64,000 nucleotides of DNA from Octopus sinensis (taxonomy: Eukaryota), in NCBI RefSeq assembly GCF_006345805.1, contig NC_042998.1, forward strand, positions 194,432,001 to 194,496,000, written 5' to 3'. Positions within the stretch are counted from its first letter, which is position 1. Each line of letters opens with the position of its first letter. Of this stretch, positions 24,492 through 38,414 are shown piece by piece. The notes below the pieces were generated by a model. It made no database searches, was not told the DNA's origin, and worked only from the letters and a program-made list of their open reading frames with translations. The translations under genes and the position numbers were made by a program.

Positions 24492-27400
24492 CTTACCAGA
24501 AGTTATGTAAACCAAAATGCCATTTCTTTACAGTGATGGTGTTAATGAAGACGTAAAATAATTAATCACACATGACACAGGTTTCTCAGTTCCCACTAAA
24601 TTGTACTTGCAAGGCATTGGTCAGTCCAAAGACACAGTTGACAATTGTTCAAGGTGTGATTTCAGTGAGACCAAACTGGAAACCACATGGTTACAAAGCG
24701 AACTTTGTAACCACACAACTACAATATATGTGTGTGTACATGTTCAGCTCTTGATCCATACAAGACAGTAAAACAAAGGATTGAGATAATACGAAATTCT
24801 GTAATCCAGTAACTCCCAAATTATTTACAGTTTGTTCTGCCAGTGGAAAGACGAAAGGTATAGACAACCTACAACATTTGTGAAGTTAGCCCCCTTCAAG
24901 TGAAAGAAACTGGTTTTGCAAAAGCAACTCATTAAAAAAAAAACACTTTTGTGCACTGATTGGTCTGCGTGGTTTCAAACCTTCCCTATCTCAAATTAAT
25001 CCCCTTGTCTTAACACGCAATAATTTCCCCCTGTTGTACTGCCAGCTATAACTTGCTCTCTACCGAGCCACTTCTATGGTCACTCATCACCTATTCTTGC
25101 CTTTATCTCATCACCCATTCATACCTTTGTCCATCTGCTAATGCTGCCTTTTCCCCTCATCTTCTTTTGTCAACCTCTGCTATTGCCTATCACTTATTAA
25201 CCCCAAATAATCCTACCTTTTTCTCATTATATTTTTTGATGCCACTGCTTTCTCTTTCTTAGTTACCAGAGCAACAGTACACACCCTAAGATATAGAGTA
25301 CTTTCAACAACCCACTCCTGTTCTAGTGCTACAGTGGATCCCCCCACCTGCTGTGCACTCTCTATACTGTTTAATGAGCAAGGCAAACACATTAGTGTCT
25401 GAACTATGAAAAACGCACCCAGTACACACTGTTAAGTGGCTGGTAAATGAGCAGAGAAAGTATAAGGTTGTGCAGTTTTCCCTTGTCAAAGAATACTCAA
25501 TCTCTCTCGTGTTGGCCTCGCAAAAAATGAAATGCATCCAATACGTTCTGTAAAACAGCTGTAGAAACTGGATCAAACGACACATATGAGCACCAGTCTA
25601 TATAATCAGCAACCTGTCCAACCCATGCCAGAGAGGAAACCAGGCATATAATAATGATGATCTTGCCAAAAACATATTCCAGCTTTAAAGTTACTCACAA
25701 TCACTAATGTAACCCTAAGTAGCTCTGTAAACAGTACACCTACAGACAGAAGCTGATAAATTCTCAAATTGGAACTTCACATACATATAACACTTTGTTA
25801 AGTTCCTTCCCTCTAGCCCATTCTCCATATGGTTTCAAACCCACTACATAAAATCACCTAAATCTAAACTCTAAGGGCTTACTATGAGTTAGGACTTATT
25901 CTGAATGTTGTTATGTAAGGTAGATGAGAGAAAATATTCTTCCTTGGATACATTAACAGGCTTAGGTAATATCCAACAGATTATCTAGTACCTGTTACTG
26001 ACATTTACATGAACTGGAACAATCTAGAATAAACTGTTCAGCCCAGAAAAGAAAAATATCTGAAGTGGATTTTGAACTCAGAACCTTTCTCTTTAATTAT
26101 GTAATGCAAAGATGAAGAGCAGTACACAGCGTTTGGAGGCCTTTCAAGCTCAGAGGTTGGTGTTTAACTTAAACTTTTGTAAATTGAGGTTTTTAGAGTG
26201 AGTTCCAAAAGTGAGCAAATTGAAAAAAGATTGAGTGAAATGTTTGTTATAGACCTTGTGTGAGTATGAGACCATAAAAATGGTCTGATATGTTTGTGTA
26301 CATAGCAACTACCCTGCTTTACAGTGAAAGGGATAAGGTCAGGTTCAGCATTAAGTATTTTCTGACTTTAACAATCCAATGCCACTAGATGTAAGAACTT
26401 CAATCACTTAAATTTCAATAAAGTGGTTGTTCTTGTTCAGCCTTAAATAAGTTCAGATCAAACAAATTTCAACTGTAACCTTTGTCGTTTCCTGTGTACA
26501 AGGAATCTAGGACCTCATTAAGAGACAAATTTGAGAATTTGGCTGATGTTTTTAGCAGGTCAAATGATCATGTAGAGTCTCCTTCATTGGTTCATTCAAT
26601 AAAGGAGTCAGTTATAGAGGCATTTCTATCATAATACTAAAATTTGACCACAATATAAGACCACAAATAGCAATTAATTCTTCAACCTCTTTCTTTTCTC
26701 AATAAATACTGTGATATGGAAACAAGCAGGTATGTCAACAATCCTCAAACTATGTCCTATTTCTAATCCTGTCAACAATTAGTTACTCTTACATATAATA
26801 TCTATACAGTTCTGTAGGTCTCACAAAGCAAAACTAGACCAATAGAAGATTTTCTCTCAAACATTAATCTGTATCAAAACAATAACTTCAGTGTTATTTC
26901 TACCACCAACATTTTATTTGCATTGCCATTCCTCCTCAAAACAACTGAATAAAAAAAAATTAGCAGCACAAATTGTGAACAATATCATATTAGTCATCAA
27001 AATAATGACAACCGTCAACAGCTAGAGACAGGATCGTCTGATAAAATTCCAGACTATAATAAATAATACTGAGACAGGTGTAGGCATGGTTGTGTACTTA
27101 ACAAGTTTGCTTTGGGTTCAGTCACATTGTGTGGACCTTAGGCAAGTGCCTCCTACTATACTATACCTCTGGACCAACCAAAGCCTTGCGTGCGTGTGTG
27201 TGTGTGTGTGTGTATATATATACACACACACACCTGTTTAGAGTTGACTGTTAGAAAAAAGTACTTCATATCATAGTAGAGATTAATAATAGGCAATGAC
27301 AAATGTCTGAAACCTTTGGCAATAAGCTGTTTAAATAGAAGACCTATCAAGCCAAGTTGAATAGTAGTTGTGGCGGATACTGGTATCACAACTGGCACTT

Positions 27401-28128
27401 ATGCCAGTGGCATGTAAAAGCACCCACTACACTATCAGAGTGGTTGGCATTAGAAAGGGTATCCAGCCATAGAAACGATGCCAAATTAGACAGGAGTCTG
27501 GTGCAGCCCCTCAGCTTGCCAGCCCATGCCAGCATGGACAATGGACATTACATGATGATGTTTTTGGTTGAATCAGTCTCTAACTACTCTGAGTTTGGCC
27601 TGTGGGTGCACAAGAAGGTTACAACTGAAGAAATGGTGGAATTTGTACATATACAGGATTCCAGTCATAGGATATGATGGTGGAAGGAGAATGCGATAAA
27701 GAGAAAAAGAGAAGCAAAAAACAGAAGAGGAGGGAATGTTGATGGGAGGAAAATAAGTGTCTGTGTGTACTAGTGGCTCCTTATCTGACCGTCCAACCCA
27801 TGCCAGCATAGAAAATGGACATTAAACGATGATGATGATGATCAAATTTTGTCATTAGGAAGTTATGATTTCTTCACTTGCTGCTACCTGCAAAGAATAT
27901 GATATTTCGTGGTATAAACATGTATTTATAATGGTGTAATTTCCTAAGCCTTTGATCATAAATAAATACAAGCTAAGCAACAACTGATTATAAATGCAGG
28001 TATTATATTCCTTTTTCATTACTGACCATCTTTTCTGTAAGGATATATTTTATTACAGGTCATCCAGAACTTGGTCCATTTTTAAAAAATTGGAATGGGT
28101 TCAACAGATCTCACATCTTGCCACTCAC

Positions 28129-28169
28129 AGTGGTCCTTTGCCTTGCCATACACCATGACCCTTCTTCAT
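28129..28169 (-). CDS. Candidate 41-nt exon (DEEGSWCMARQRTT or MKKGHGVWQGKGP)
   Basis: Strong acceptor ttttctctgttgtgtctatcag| and donor |gtgagt; reading frame ambiguous. Confidence 0.45.
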
Positions 28170-29333
28170 CTGATAGACACAACAGAGAAAATAGTGGCTC
28201 TGTTGTTTTGTATGTCAGTTTTGGCATGATTTCTACAGCAAAAGTGTCCTTTTTATATTGTCTCCATTTGTTCCTTTCTTACATATTTTTTATACAAGTA
28301 GATCCTCTTTACCATACTGACTGGCACAAGAGAAGTTGTCCCTTCAAGACTAATGTAATCCACTACTGTATCTTGTCTTTGTTCATTCCTTTGAGTTTGT
28401 GGTAAATATGACATCTTGACTTTATAATTGCTACTAGCTTGTCAGATGTCATTTTTTCTCAGATTAAATGAGAAATTGCCAGTGTAAAATAAACAGTCAT
28501 ACATGGTACATCACAATTGTGATATTGATGATTTTATAAAAATTTCTATTTAGAATTAAATTGGCCAGTTATAGGAACATGGATTTGTTTAAATCATCAT
28601 ATAAAAGTTTTGGCCAGTAAGGGCAGTAGTCGTTGATTGATATATGTAATAAAAACAGCTCGTAATTAAAATTTGTCCTTCTTAGGAACAAAATTATTTA
28701 AAATAGAGTAAGAACAATATGTTAATCAATTAAGAAACTTTTGAAGGAGAATACAAATATTATCAGAGTTGAATCTAGGAAAATAACAACTACAAACAGA
28801 ATATGACTCCTGTAATAATACAATTTCAAAAGCAGCAAAATAATGAGAAAAAGCAAGCAGGGATAACAATGAAAATCAGAGGAAAGGAAAAAATTTTATA
28901 AGAGCCAAAAGATTGCCATTCAAAATGAATAACAGTCTTTTGTAAAAAGCCAGTAGTTTACAATAAGTAAGCAGTAGAGTATGGAAATTTGGAAGTATAA
29001 GCAATTGTTTAAAGCCTTTTTTTTTTCCAGTTAAAGCCATAAGAGTAGAGGAAACTGGGTGGAAAAAGTACAATTATAGCAGATCTTCAAAACTCAGAAA
29101 TGAGTGAATTTCAGGAACACATTGGATGTTCAAGCTCTATGGAACAAATGTAAGACTGCAAATGATGTTTGATAAGTTATGATAGATGGAGTGGAGAATA
29201 TTAGTGAACAGGAGAAATATGTATAAATTCAAGTGCTAATGGAATATAGTCGGTAAATTGTGTGTGTGTATAGAGAGAGGGGGGGGATAAAGCATAACAA
29301 CCAGCCAAATTTTCTTCTGAATATGGTCTAGAG

Positions 29334-29553
29334 CAGTGCTTTTCAAACTTTTTGCTGGAGCGGAACCCCAAGGAAACATTCCACTGGCTCGAGGAACCCC
29401 TGTGCAATAATTTAATAGTCTTATGCACACATATCTGCACAGGAGAATTAAAAATTACTGCCGATTTTAACAGTTTTGTAACTTCTTGCGGAACCCCTGG
29501 ACTGTACTGGCGGAACCCTAAGGTTCCGTGGAACCCTGGGTTGAAAACCACTG
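29334..29553. mobile_element. hAT-type MITE
   Basis: CAGTG(c/g)TTT(T)CAA inverted termini and a perfect 8-bp TSD GTCTAGAG (29326-29333 and 29554-29561). Confidence 0.9.
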
Positions 29554-32500
29554 GTCTAGAGTATGAGTGGAGGCCTAAAACATTCTTAGGTTAAAAAAAA
29601 AGGCCAAGTTTCCTTCATGTAGTTTTGATAAAATTGAGAATACAGAGATGCAGGGATTCATTAGTTAAATTACTGTTACAAAAAAGGTAACATTTGCTGT
29701 TGGATCAGTTGATATGGAAAAGAACTAGCAATAAATAAAGCACTGAGTCCAAGAAGATCGGTAACATTAAAATTTGTAAACTTTTTCAACACACAAAATA
29801 AACCACAAAAGAAAAGGTGGGGAGGGTAGTTGAACATGAGCCAGAGAAAAACACAGAATAAGGAAATTTTGAACTGACCAAAATAAGGTTAGATACAGTC
29901 AAACAAAAATGCTTTTGTAAAGCAATCCAACCAAAACTGATAGGAAAGAAGACTAATAAAGAGATTGAAGTCGAGAGAGAGTTGATGAAATTTAAAATGA
30001 AAATTCTAAGAGAGCTTAGATGAAGCAAAGTTCCTACTTGGGTTAAGAAATCGTGAATTTCAAAGAAAAGAAATAATAGGTGAGTATACCATGAAGTAAA
30101 ATTTTAAATGCCTTGAAGAATCGATGAGATGAATGAACAGGTCACTGGGGCAAAACTATTAGCAATGATATGAGCAGGTAAATACACAAAGGCCAGATAC
30201 AATTGACAAAACTTCTACACAAGTAACAAAAATGATATTCATTAAAATTAGAGAAGCTGTAGATCCTCTGGATCGCCTTGAACGGGTGCTAAGCTTCAAG
30301 CTGGTTAAGGTTAGTCGCAAATCCTACAAATCACTCTGCTACAAAAGGATCAATTCTGAATGGTGAGGTGAGGAAATAGCATAAAGTGTTAAATTTGAAA
30401 GAATCGGAACTGTTTTGGTATTATCGGCGACATGCAGTTTGGAATTAGACCAAGGTACCAGCTTCCCAGTAAGACAGCTTCAAGAGAAATACCTGGCTAA
30501 GAGATTCTATCTTCATTTAAGGCAGGTTGAATGAGGCAAATGTTAAAAGTATAGAGCAGCATGGTAGTGAAACATGGGTAGTGAAGGTGGACAACCTGCA
30601 ATGAAGAAAGAGGAATGCAATAAATACAGTTTGGTGAAAGTAAAAGAAATTTAAGGAATACGCTGAGTCAAGGAGGAGTCTGTAGCTGAAAATGAATGGT
30701 ATAAAATATTTAGTAATTAATGTAGACATAATATATTACTAAATGCTGAAGATTAGTGGTTTAGTGTTAATAAGTAAACAAAAGATAAAGAATGAAGCAG
30801 TCATGAGAAGTCAATTAAACAAGAGGTAACAACAGAACACCGAAAGACATCTAAAATAATTGGACGCAGATACTTATAAGAAAATGACAGGCTGGTCAAC
30901 AGTAACTACAAAAGTAGAAGAGACGGTAATCAGGTCTTCACATCACTAATTACACAGAATATTCAAAATTTCTGAAATAGTAATTTTAACAACTAGAAGA
31001 ACAGTCAACATTTTAATTTAGATATTAACCATTCATGCTAGTATAGGTTAGATTACAAAGCCTTGGATTTGAACAAAATGTAGAAACAATACGTCTTGCC
31101 TACAATCTAAGTCACCTTAATCACTTGATCAATGTTTCTAGATTTATCCACATAGAGCAAGCAATAATTCTACATTAGATTGTGCTAAATTTCATTGTTT
31201 ATAAAATTTGATCACTTCTTGAATCTCTGCAGTTTTCACCAGTAAAAATGACTGAAAGAACTTCAACTAATTTAATCCTCAAATGAAACAAATCAATGAT
31301 TCTAAAGTCACTCAACCTGTTTTCAATAGAAGCCAATACACACCAGCCACCTTAAATATAAAAGACATATTTCACAGGTTAAGTAGTCAGATAATAAGGA
31401 CGAATACACTAATTTGGTGTACTAAGACAAAAATGAAACACTGATCTTTTGCTCAATATGGAAGAGTCAAGTAAACTAAGATTCATTGGAACTTTTGTAT
31501 GTCACATATGTATGGAAGAGTGAGGAAGTAGGGATGAAACCAAGTAAAAAAAAATACATACCTAGGTTGCAAGACATAGCTGGACTTACCCAACAATAAT
31601 CTAAAGCTATGAACCAAACATCACATTCACTATGATTTTAGAAACAATTGTCGAGTGAATTGTATTAAAAAGATGGAAAAAATAAAACAGGAAAATATGA
31701 AAGTTGAAACTATTTGGAAAATCCTTATATCTAGAAATTCACGAGTGAACAAACTCACTTCAAAATTTTCAAAAATGTATCAACATACAATACAAAATTA
31801 ACTTTAGATCCCCCAACAAATGAAGGACTCAGCTTTATACATAAATATAGTAGTTATTAAGCCAGTAAATTTACTGGTACCCATGGAATTATCTCAATGA
31901 AGAGAGACTGAATTGAGAAATCATTGAGAAAATGCTATACTAATAAAGAAGAGGAGGTTAAGAAATGTTTTATGAAAGATAAACGAAAGTGTGTTGTGGC
32001 TTTGAGAAAATAAAGTTTATAGTAGATATGAGGAACTAGCATGGTGATAATCTATTCTAACATACAACATTACTCTGCATCAAGTGTTGAGGCTTATAAA
32101 ATGCTCAGCTTAAACTAGATCGTGATAATAATGAAAGTTGCAACTAAATGGTACACAAGTGGTTGTATAAGAATGAGGAATGTATGAGAGGGAAACACTT
32201 CAAGTCAGATTCATAACCAGTGCTCTAGTCTAGAATATATTTCGTAAAGATGCATTTCCTGGCCTTGAAAAGTAAACCTAAATGTCAGAAATGTGAACAA
32301 TGATGTGCCATGATCAGAAGTTAATAACGATTTATTGTATGGACTGCCTTATGTATTATCCATGTGTAGGAGGAATAGCATGAGTTTGTTTACTTCAGAT
32401 AATGTCTGTTCTGGTGTTGATTAAATTGTTTCAGAAGGATTTGGAGTTGGGTGCTGAGGGTGAGCAGAGAAAGCAAGAGTGTGTTACCTATAGCTGAAAG

Positions 32501-32699
32501 TGCCAGTGAAGTTTATTGACAGAGGAGGATTGGAGAAATATCTAAACACCAAGAGATAGTTTATCAAGTGATCTGTGTGTAAGTAAGCTCTCCAGATACC
32601 TATGTTTGTAGACAGGTCTTCCTTTTATTCTCATATCAAACATTGTCAATATCAATAAGAAATCCAGCAACTTTGACGAAGTTTAAGGATGAGAAATAG

Positions 32700-34400
32700 T
32701 TACTTGGAGCGTCTAGTTTTGTGAAAGCCATAACTTATCACTGGCGAAAACAGGGATTCCATGTGTTGTAAGAGAAGATTAACAACCACCTCATCATCAT
32801 ACGCTGGTAGCATATAGGTTGTTGTGAAGCTAATATAATAATAACGGAAACGTCCTGATTCGGGGGAAATAACGTGAATATGTTAAGGAAACATACAACC
32901 CTCGACAGCAGAGATCCAAAAGTTTGCAGCATCGCAGATCAGTAAGAAGAAATCACTGAATCACAATTCTATATACTAACGTGTGCTTTGAGACACTGTG
33001 AGACACTGTAACACACTAGAAGGAAAACGAAAAAGCGAAAGCAAAGTAATAATATCTAAACAAGACGTGCTATTAAAAAAAAAACTTCCGAAATTCTAGG
33101 CAGATTTTAACTGGAAAAAAAAAAAATCAAAATTGTAAATCTTATTTTCTTATAGCTGTTCAAGCTTTTCATACTCAATGTACAATGGCTATGGGTTCGT
33201 CTCTGTTCTTATGGCAAAGCATTCGGCAATACTTACTCGGAAGTTATTTATTATGGAGTTACATTCCCGTTAGATTCGGAGATAATTAAGAAGCTTCCAT
33301 AATTAAATAGGGAAATACCAAGTACTGTCAAGTGAAGTACCGCATGAATATTAATATTTTTAAGCACAGCCATATTTTATGTATCTTGACAAAAAGCAGA
33401 TAATATAGAAGAGTGTGATAACATTGTTTTACGATGATAAATACATGATACTATGAGAGGAGGACAGCATCAAAGAAAGCAACCTCGTGCCACACCTCTG
33501 TACACTTTCATCTCAAGCCTGCTATGATGGACTACTGATGAAATGCTGAGAGAAAGAGAGTGTAAAAAAATGGTGAAGAGGTGAGAAGGAGAGATGGGGG
33601 GAAGGAGAGACTAAAAATAACTCGTAGCGAATGAAAAGCACGAGTAGAAAGAAAAATGCGTTGAAAGAAGGTCGAAGTGGCGACGGCTGCCGACAATCGC
33701 AGGGATATTTTTCTTGAAATATTTGAATTTGTGTTGGTTTGTTTGAATGGTGCATCTTTTTTTTTTTTTTCTTCTTCGGAAGGATCAATTATAGAACGCA
33801 GTAGTGATTGGTGACACGAGGTTTCCGGCAACACATCAGCAGTAACTGGAAATAGCAACGACCATCAGTCGTCGACAGGAACCCACACACACACACATAT
33901 AAGCAATAAGCATAATCAATCTAATCTACAGGAGTGATGATGATAGTAAATGGACGACGGGCATGGGTTAAGAAGGAGAAAATGAAAAGTGCATGAAATT
34001 GTCTGTCAGCTTGCTTTATTTAATTATTTATCCATGTTTGTTTACCCACACTCCACCACGTATCTCACTTTTTTTCCTATTCCCGTTTTCATCAAGTCAG
34101 CAAGTGACGTTCGAGGCATCTATGTTAACTCACCAACCACCACGCAGCCTTCCAGCAGCACCACTACCACCACCACCACCACCATCCCACTACAAAGCCA
34201 GTACACGAGATAGTTGTGCTAGTGTGTGTGTGTCTGAAGCAAGCACAAGTAAGCAACGACGCAGTGTTCAGTTTGACCTGATCGCACAATAAAACCTAAT
34301 ATAGAAGTCATTGCAGTAAAATATTCACTGTCTCTTTTCAGCTCAGCCGCGGTTTCCAACAGTGATTGATAGGAGGGTATGTGTGTGTGTGTGCGAGCGC
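32700..34400 (-). promoter_or_regulatory. CpG-retaining promoter/5'UTR region with candidate non-coding exon ending at 34134
   Basis: Local CpG retention, donor ttg|gtgagt at 34134/34133, and a strong downstream acceptor tttttcgttttccttctag near 33017. Confidence 0.45.
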
Positions 34401-35650
34401 ATATGCTTGTTCTTATCTTTTACTTGTTTCAGTCATTGGACTGCGGTCACGCTAGGGCACCGCCTTGAAGGGTTTAGTCGAATTATATATATATATATAC
34501 ACACATAGTTTTGATAGATTACAATCGGTTTATCTCGACCAGGGGAATAAATCTTGTTACCGGGGTGTGATGCAAGCAGCTATTTTTAAAAAACGGCACT
34601 TGCTCAATAAAAAAAAGCAAGGCCTTGGATCGCTTTGTATTTAATGAATGGAACAGTCGGTTAGGGAAGGGGGAGAGGAGAAACAAGGGGAAGGGAACCA
34701 AGGATGAAGAGGGGAGAAAACAACAAGGAAACAAGTCGAAGGAAATAAAGAGAAAAGGAGAAGGATAACAAAGGAACAGAAGCGAGAGAGAGAGAGAAGA
34801 AAAGAGGGATACAGACGATAAATAGGGAGATATGGGGCAAAGACGGAAGATAAGGGTAGAGGAAATATTCAGAGAAACACTGAATGAAAGAAAGGCAAGA
34901 TAAAGACGACTCGCTGAGGAAAAAAAAAATCCTTCGAAGCTGACGTCATGACTAGAGACAGGTGTCTCTTGAAAATAAAAGACAGGCAGCTTTATCACTG
35001 CTTCTAGGGCAGTAATGAGCGACAATGGAGGGCACAAAAAGGATCTGAACTAGTAATATAAAGGAAAAGAATATTCTGTAGGGTTGTGAGGTGAAAAAAA
35101 AAAAACATTCATACAATCACATCACAAGGGAACGAGAAAATTTATATTTATTACACGAAACCTGGGTCACTTGATAACAACACACATGTAGATATCTAGT
35201 CGCACACAGTGTTATATATGTATATGTGTGTGTGTGTTTTTGTTAAACGTTATGTTAATATGATGTGATGATATCTTGATATCTTATTTTCGACATGATT
35301 GACGTGCGTATATACAAATAGTGTAAAAATGTGAGGGAGAAGGAGATGTGAGGTGGGAGATGGCAATAAGGTGTAAAGGCGGAAATAATCGGAGCACTGG
35401 CTAAATATATTGCATTATATGGAAATGCAAGGGATACGGCGGTTAAGCCAGCTGCAGAGGGGTAATGACATAAAATAAGGGGCCACGAGGTACAAAGACA
35501 GAGTTTGTATTTCGTGTTTCGGAAAGGAGACGTAAAGACAATCCTGGAAGGTGGAATATGAAGATGTGGATAAACATTAAAAATGAATAATAAAATATAG
35601 ATGTTTTATGGTAAAAGGAGAGAGAAATCCTTTTGTGTAGTGAATCTCAC

Positions 35651-35828
35651 CTGAGCCAGTGGAGAGGTGGGTTGATGATGTTGACATGTCGTCTAGTCTG
35701 CTGTACATCCACACCACTAAAGCAACCACAATCCACACAAACAGAAAGAGAAGCATGTTTAGCAACCCAGCATACTTAATTCGTCTTCTACCCACGCCTA
35801 CTTGGCTTCTTCTTAAATATTTAATCAT
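35651..35828 (-). CDS. Candidate first coding exon: type II signal-anchor N-terminus
   Basis: MIKYLRRSQVGVGRRRIKYAGLLNMLLFLFVWIVVALVVWMYSRLDDMSTSSTHLSTGS: basic tail plus one transmembrane helix of about 22 aa; donor cag|gtgaga, phase 1. Confidence 0.65.
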
Positions 35829-36989
35829 TTACCCACCATAATAGCAAAGAAAAATCACACAAAAACACACCTTTCAGAGCATGTGTGTGCGTTTAATGAA
35901 ACAGTTCAGCGAAAGGAGCTGAATAAAAACTGTGTGTGTGTGTGCGCGCGCATTGGTAGAATCGTTTGAGTGTTGGACAGAATGCCTCGCAGTATTAGTG
36001 TCCATTCTCTGTGCTCAAAGTTCAAAAGCCGCCAAGGTCAATTTTGACTTTCACTCGGTGATAATCGCTAGAAAGGTACCAGCGCAGGGCAAGTGAATTG
36101 GCGGAATTGTTAGAGTATCGGACAAAATACTTCACGATATCTGGCGGTGCCCCAGCATGGCCACAGCTCATGAGCTGAAACTAGAATCAATCAATCAATC
36201 ATATCTATTTTAGCTCAACTGTTGTCTGGAGTTGTAACCGACAAATAAATATCAGCAATTTGAAACACCACTGAAAGCAGGTTCCTTAGTTCAATCGGTA
36301 GAGAGACTTTCATCCTTTAGGGGTCGATAAATTAAATACTAGTGAAACAGTGAGAGTTGCTGTAACCGACTATTCCCCTCCCCCAAAATTTCAGGCCTTG
36401 TGCCTTTAGTAGAAAGGATTACTATTATAAACATACATCACAAGTTGGAAAATGGTGAGATTCAATGCCCTCATTACATACATACACACACTGCATACAT
36501 ATACGTATGCAAACATTACATATCTATATGTGTACACACTCATACTTCCTCCTCTATAACTGCCTCATTCTAAATAAATGTTCTCACCTCGCCTTAAAGC
36601 CATCACTTTCTAGCAAGCTATAACTTTTCCCAACATTTCACCTGAAGCCTGCACTTTCTTTCCTATTCTCCCATTATATCAAAGAGACTGTTTCGCCCAG
36701 TGGCTTACAAGCCAATTTCATTAGTGCTGGTGGCACATAAAAAGCATCCAGTGCACTCTGTAAAGTGGTTGGTTTATGGAGCAGAAACTATGGGGGGAGG
36801 GGGTCAGAGAACACTTCAGTCTTAAGTGAAGGAGGCAACTACTATACAGCTGGTGCCATGTAAAGATGACAAAGTTACACTGCAAAGAGACTGATTTTAG
36901 AAGGGGCATCCAGCTATAGAAATCAGACCATAATAACTATGACACTTGAGCAGAACACGGTCCTCCAACCCATCCAATTTTGTCAAATT

Positions 36990-37520
36990 GTTCAACTCAC
37001 ATCATTATAGAAAGTGAACGGACAATAATGACAAAGATCCGACTCGTGGCCGATGCCAGCGCCGCCTCCACTGGCTTCCGTGCCGGTGGCACGTAAAATA
37101 CACCAATCCGACCGTATGACAGGCACCCATGCCAACCCCCTTTGCTTGTGAAGATATGTTGGGGAAAGTGAAATCGAAATCGAATTGAACCAGCCAGGAT
37201 CCCTGGTCTGGTGGTACGTAAAAAGCACTATCCGACTCGTGGCCGATGCCAGCACCGCCTCGACTGGCTTCCGTGCCGGTGGCACATAAAATACACCAAT
37301 CCGACCGTGGCCGTTGCCAGCCTCACCTGGCACCTGTGCAGGTGGCACGTAAAAAGCACTCACGGAGTGGTTGGCATTAGGAAGGGCATCCAGCTGTAGA
37401 AACATTGCCAGATAAGACTGGGCCTGGTGCAGCCAGTCTGGCTTCCCAGATCCCCGGTCGAACCGTCCAACCCATGCTAGCATGGAGAACGGACGTTAAA
37501 CGATCATGATCATGATCATG
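36990..37520 (+). mobile_element. Composite family A element
   Basis: Duplicated modules, displaced 5' segment, body and tail. Confidence 0.8.
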
Positions 37521-37802
37521 CATACAGGTATACACAAATACATACAAAGATAAATACACAGTCAATTACATATACAGCTGCAGCCAAGGGTAGGTGAAAC
37601 ATGGGTGTATAGTTAAGAAGTTTCCTTCCCAACTATACGGCTTTCAGTTCACTCTTACTTAATGATACCTTGGGCAAAAATCTTTCATTGTAGTCTAAGG
37701 CTGACTGAAGCCTTGTGAGTGGATTTGAGAGAGAAACTGCAATAAGCCTGTTATGTGTGTGTGTGTGGATGGATGGATATATATATATATATATAATATA
37801 TA

Positions 37803-37845
<43 letters not shown>

Positions 37846-37923
37846 TATATATAATATTATATATATAAACATTATTGGTGAATTGAAGAAATGGAGCTGA
37901 ACGCAGATTGAACAGAAATCGTT

Positions 37924-38017
37924 TTATTTCATTCTACACGTGTTTCGAAAGGCACAAAATTACCAAAATCCGAGAATAATGGGACCATATTGTGTCTTTC
38001 TCTTCAGGAAGAAAAAG
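37924..38017 (-). ncRNA. Type I hammerhead ribozyme motif, complete core
   Basis: Minus strand: ttc CTGAAGA gaaag-a-cacaa...ttgtg-c-ctttc GAAA cacgtg TA gaa. Palindromic stem III; AATAAA just downstream. Confidence 0.85.
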
Positions 38018-38414
38018 GAATCCGTTGGAAAACAAAAAAGAACAGAGGCGGAGCAAAAACAAAAACAAATCGAACTATGCTCCTAAGAGCCCATGGCGAA
38101 ACTGTTTATCAGTGTATGTTGAGAACGGTGGCTGAAGAATTCAACGGATCAGGCATCGGTCAATCATGTGGGTGAGGTGTATAGATGTTCTTTGTGACCG
38201 AGAATAAGTTCTGACTATTTAAGGAATATTGGATGTTTTATAAGGGGCGAGAAAAAATCTACTTAGAGACGTGTGTGTGTGTATACTGTTCTATATATGT
38301 GTGTGTTGGCGTAGGGGTAGAAAACATTTTTTGTGTTGTGTACGTTGGTGCGTTTGATCGTTCGGCTGTCAGTGGCTACTGCCGTGATAATCGTGGTGGC
38401 AGAAAGAAAAAAAA

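Noticed and set aside
29800-30620. Possible coding region on +
   Set aside because: It has many stops; QLQEKYLAK at about 30475 indicates an old RTE remnant.
34519-35037. 172-aa hydrophobic ORF, and 33993..34292
   Set aside because: These arise from purine/pyrimidine-skewed low-complexity sequence (GA-rich tract, ACC repeats).
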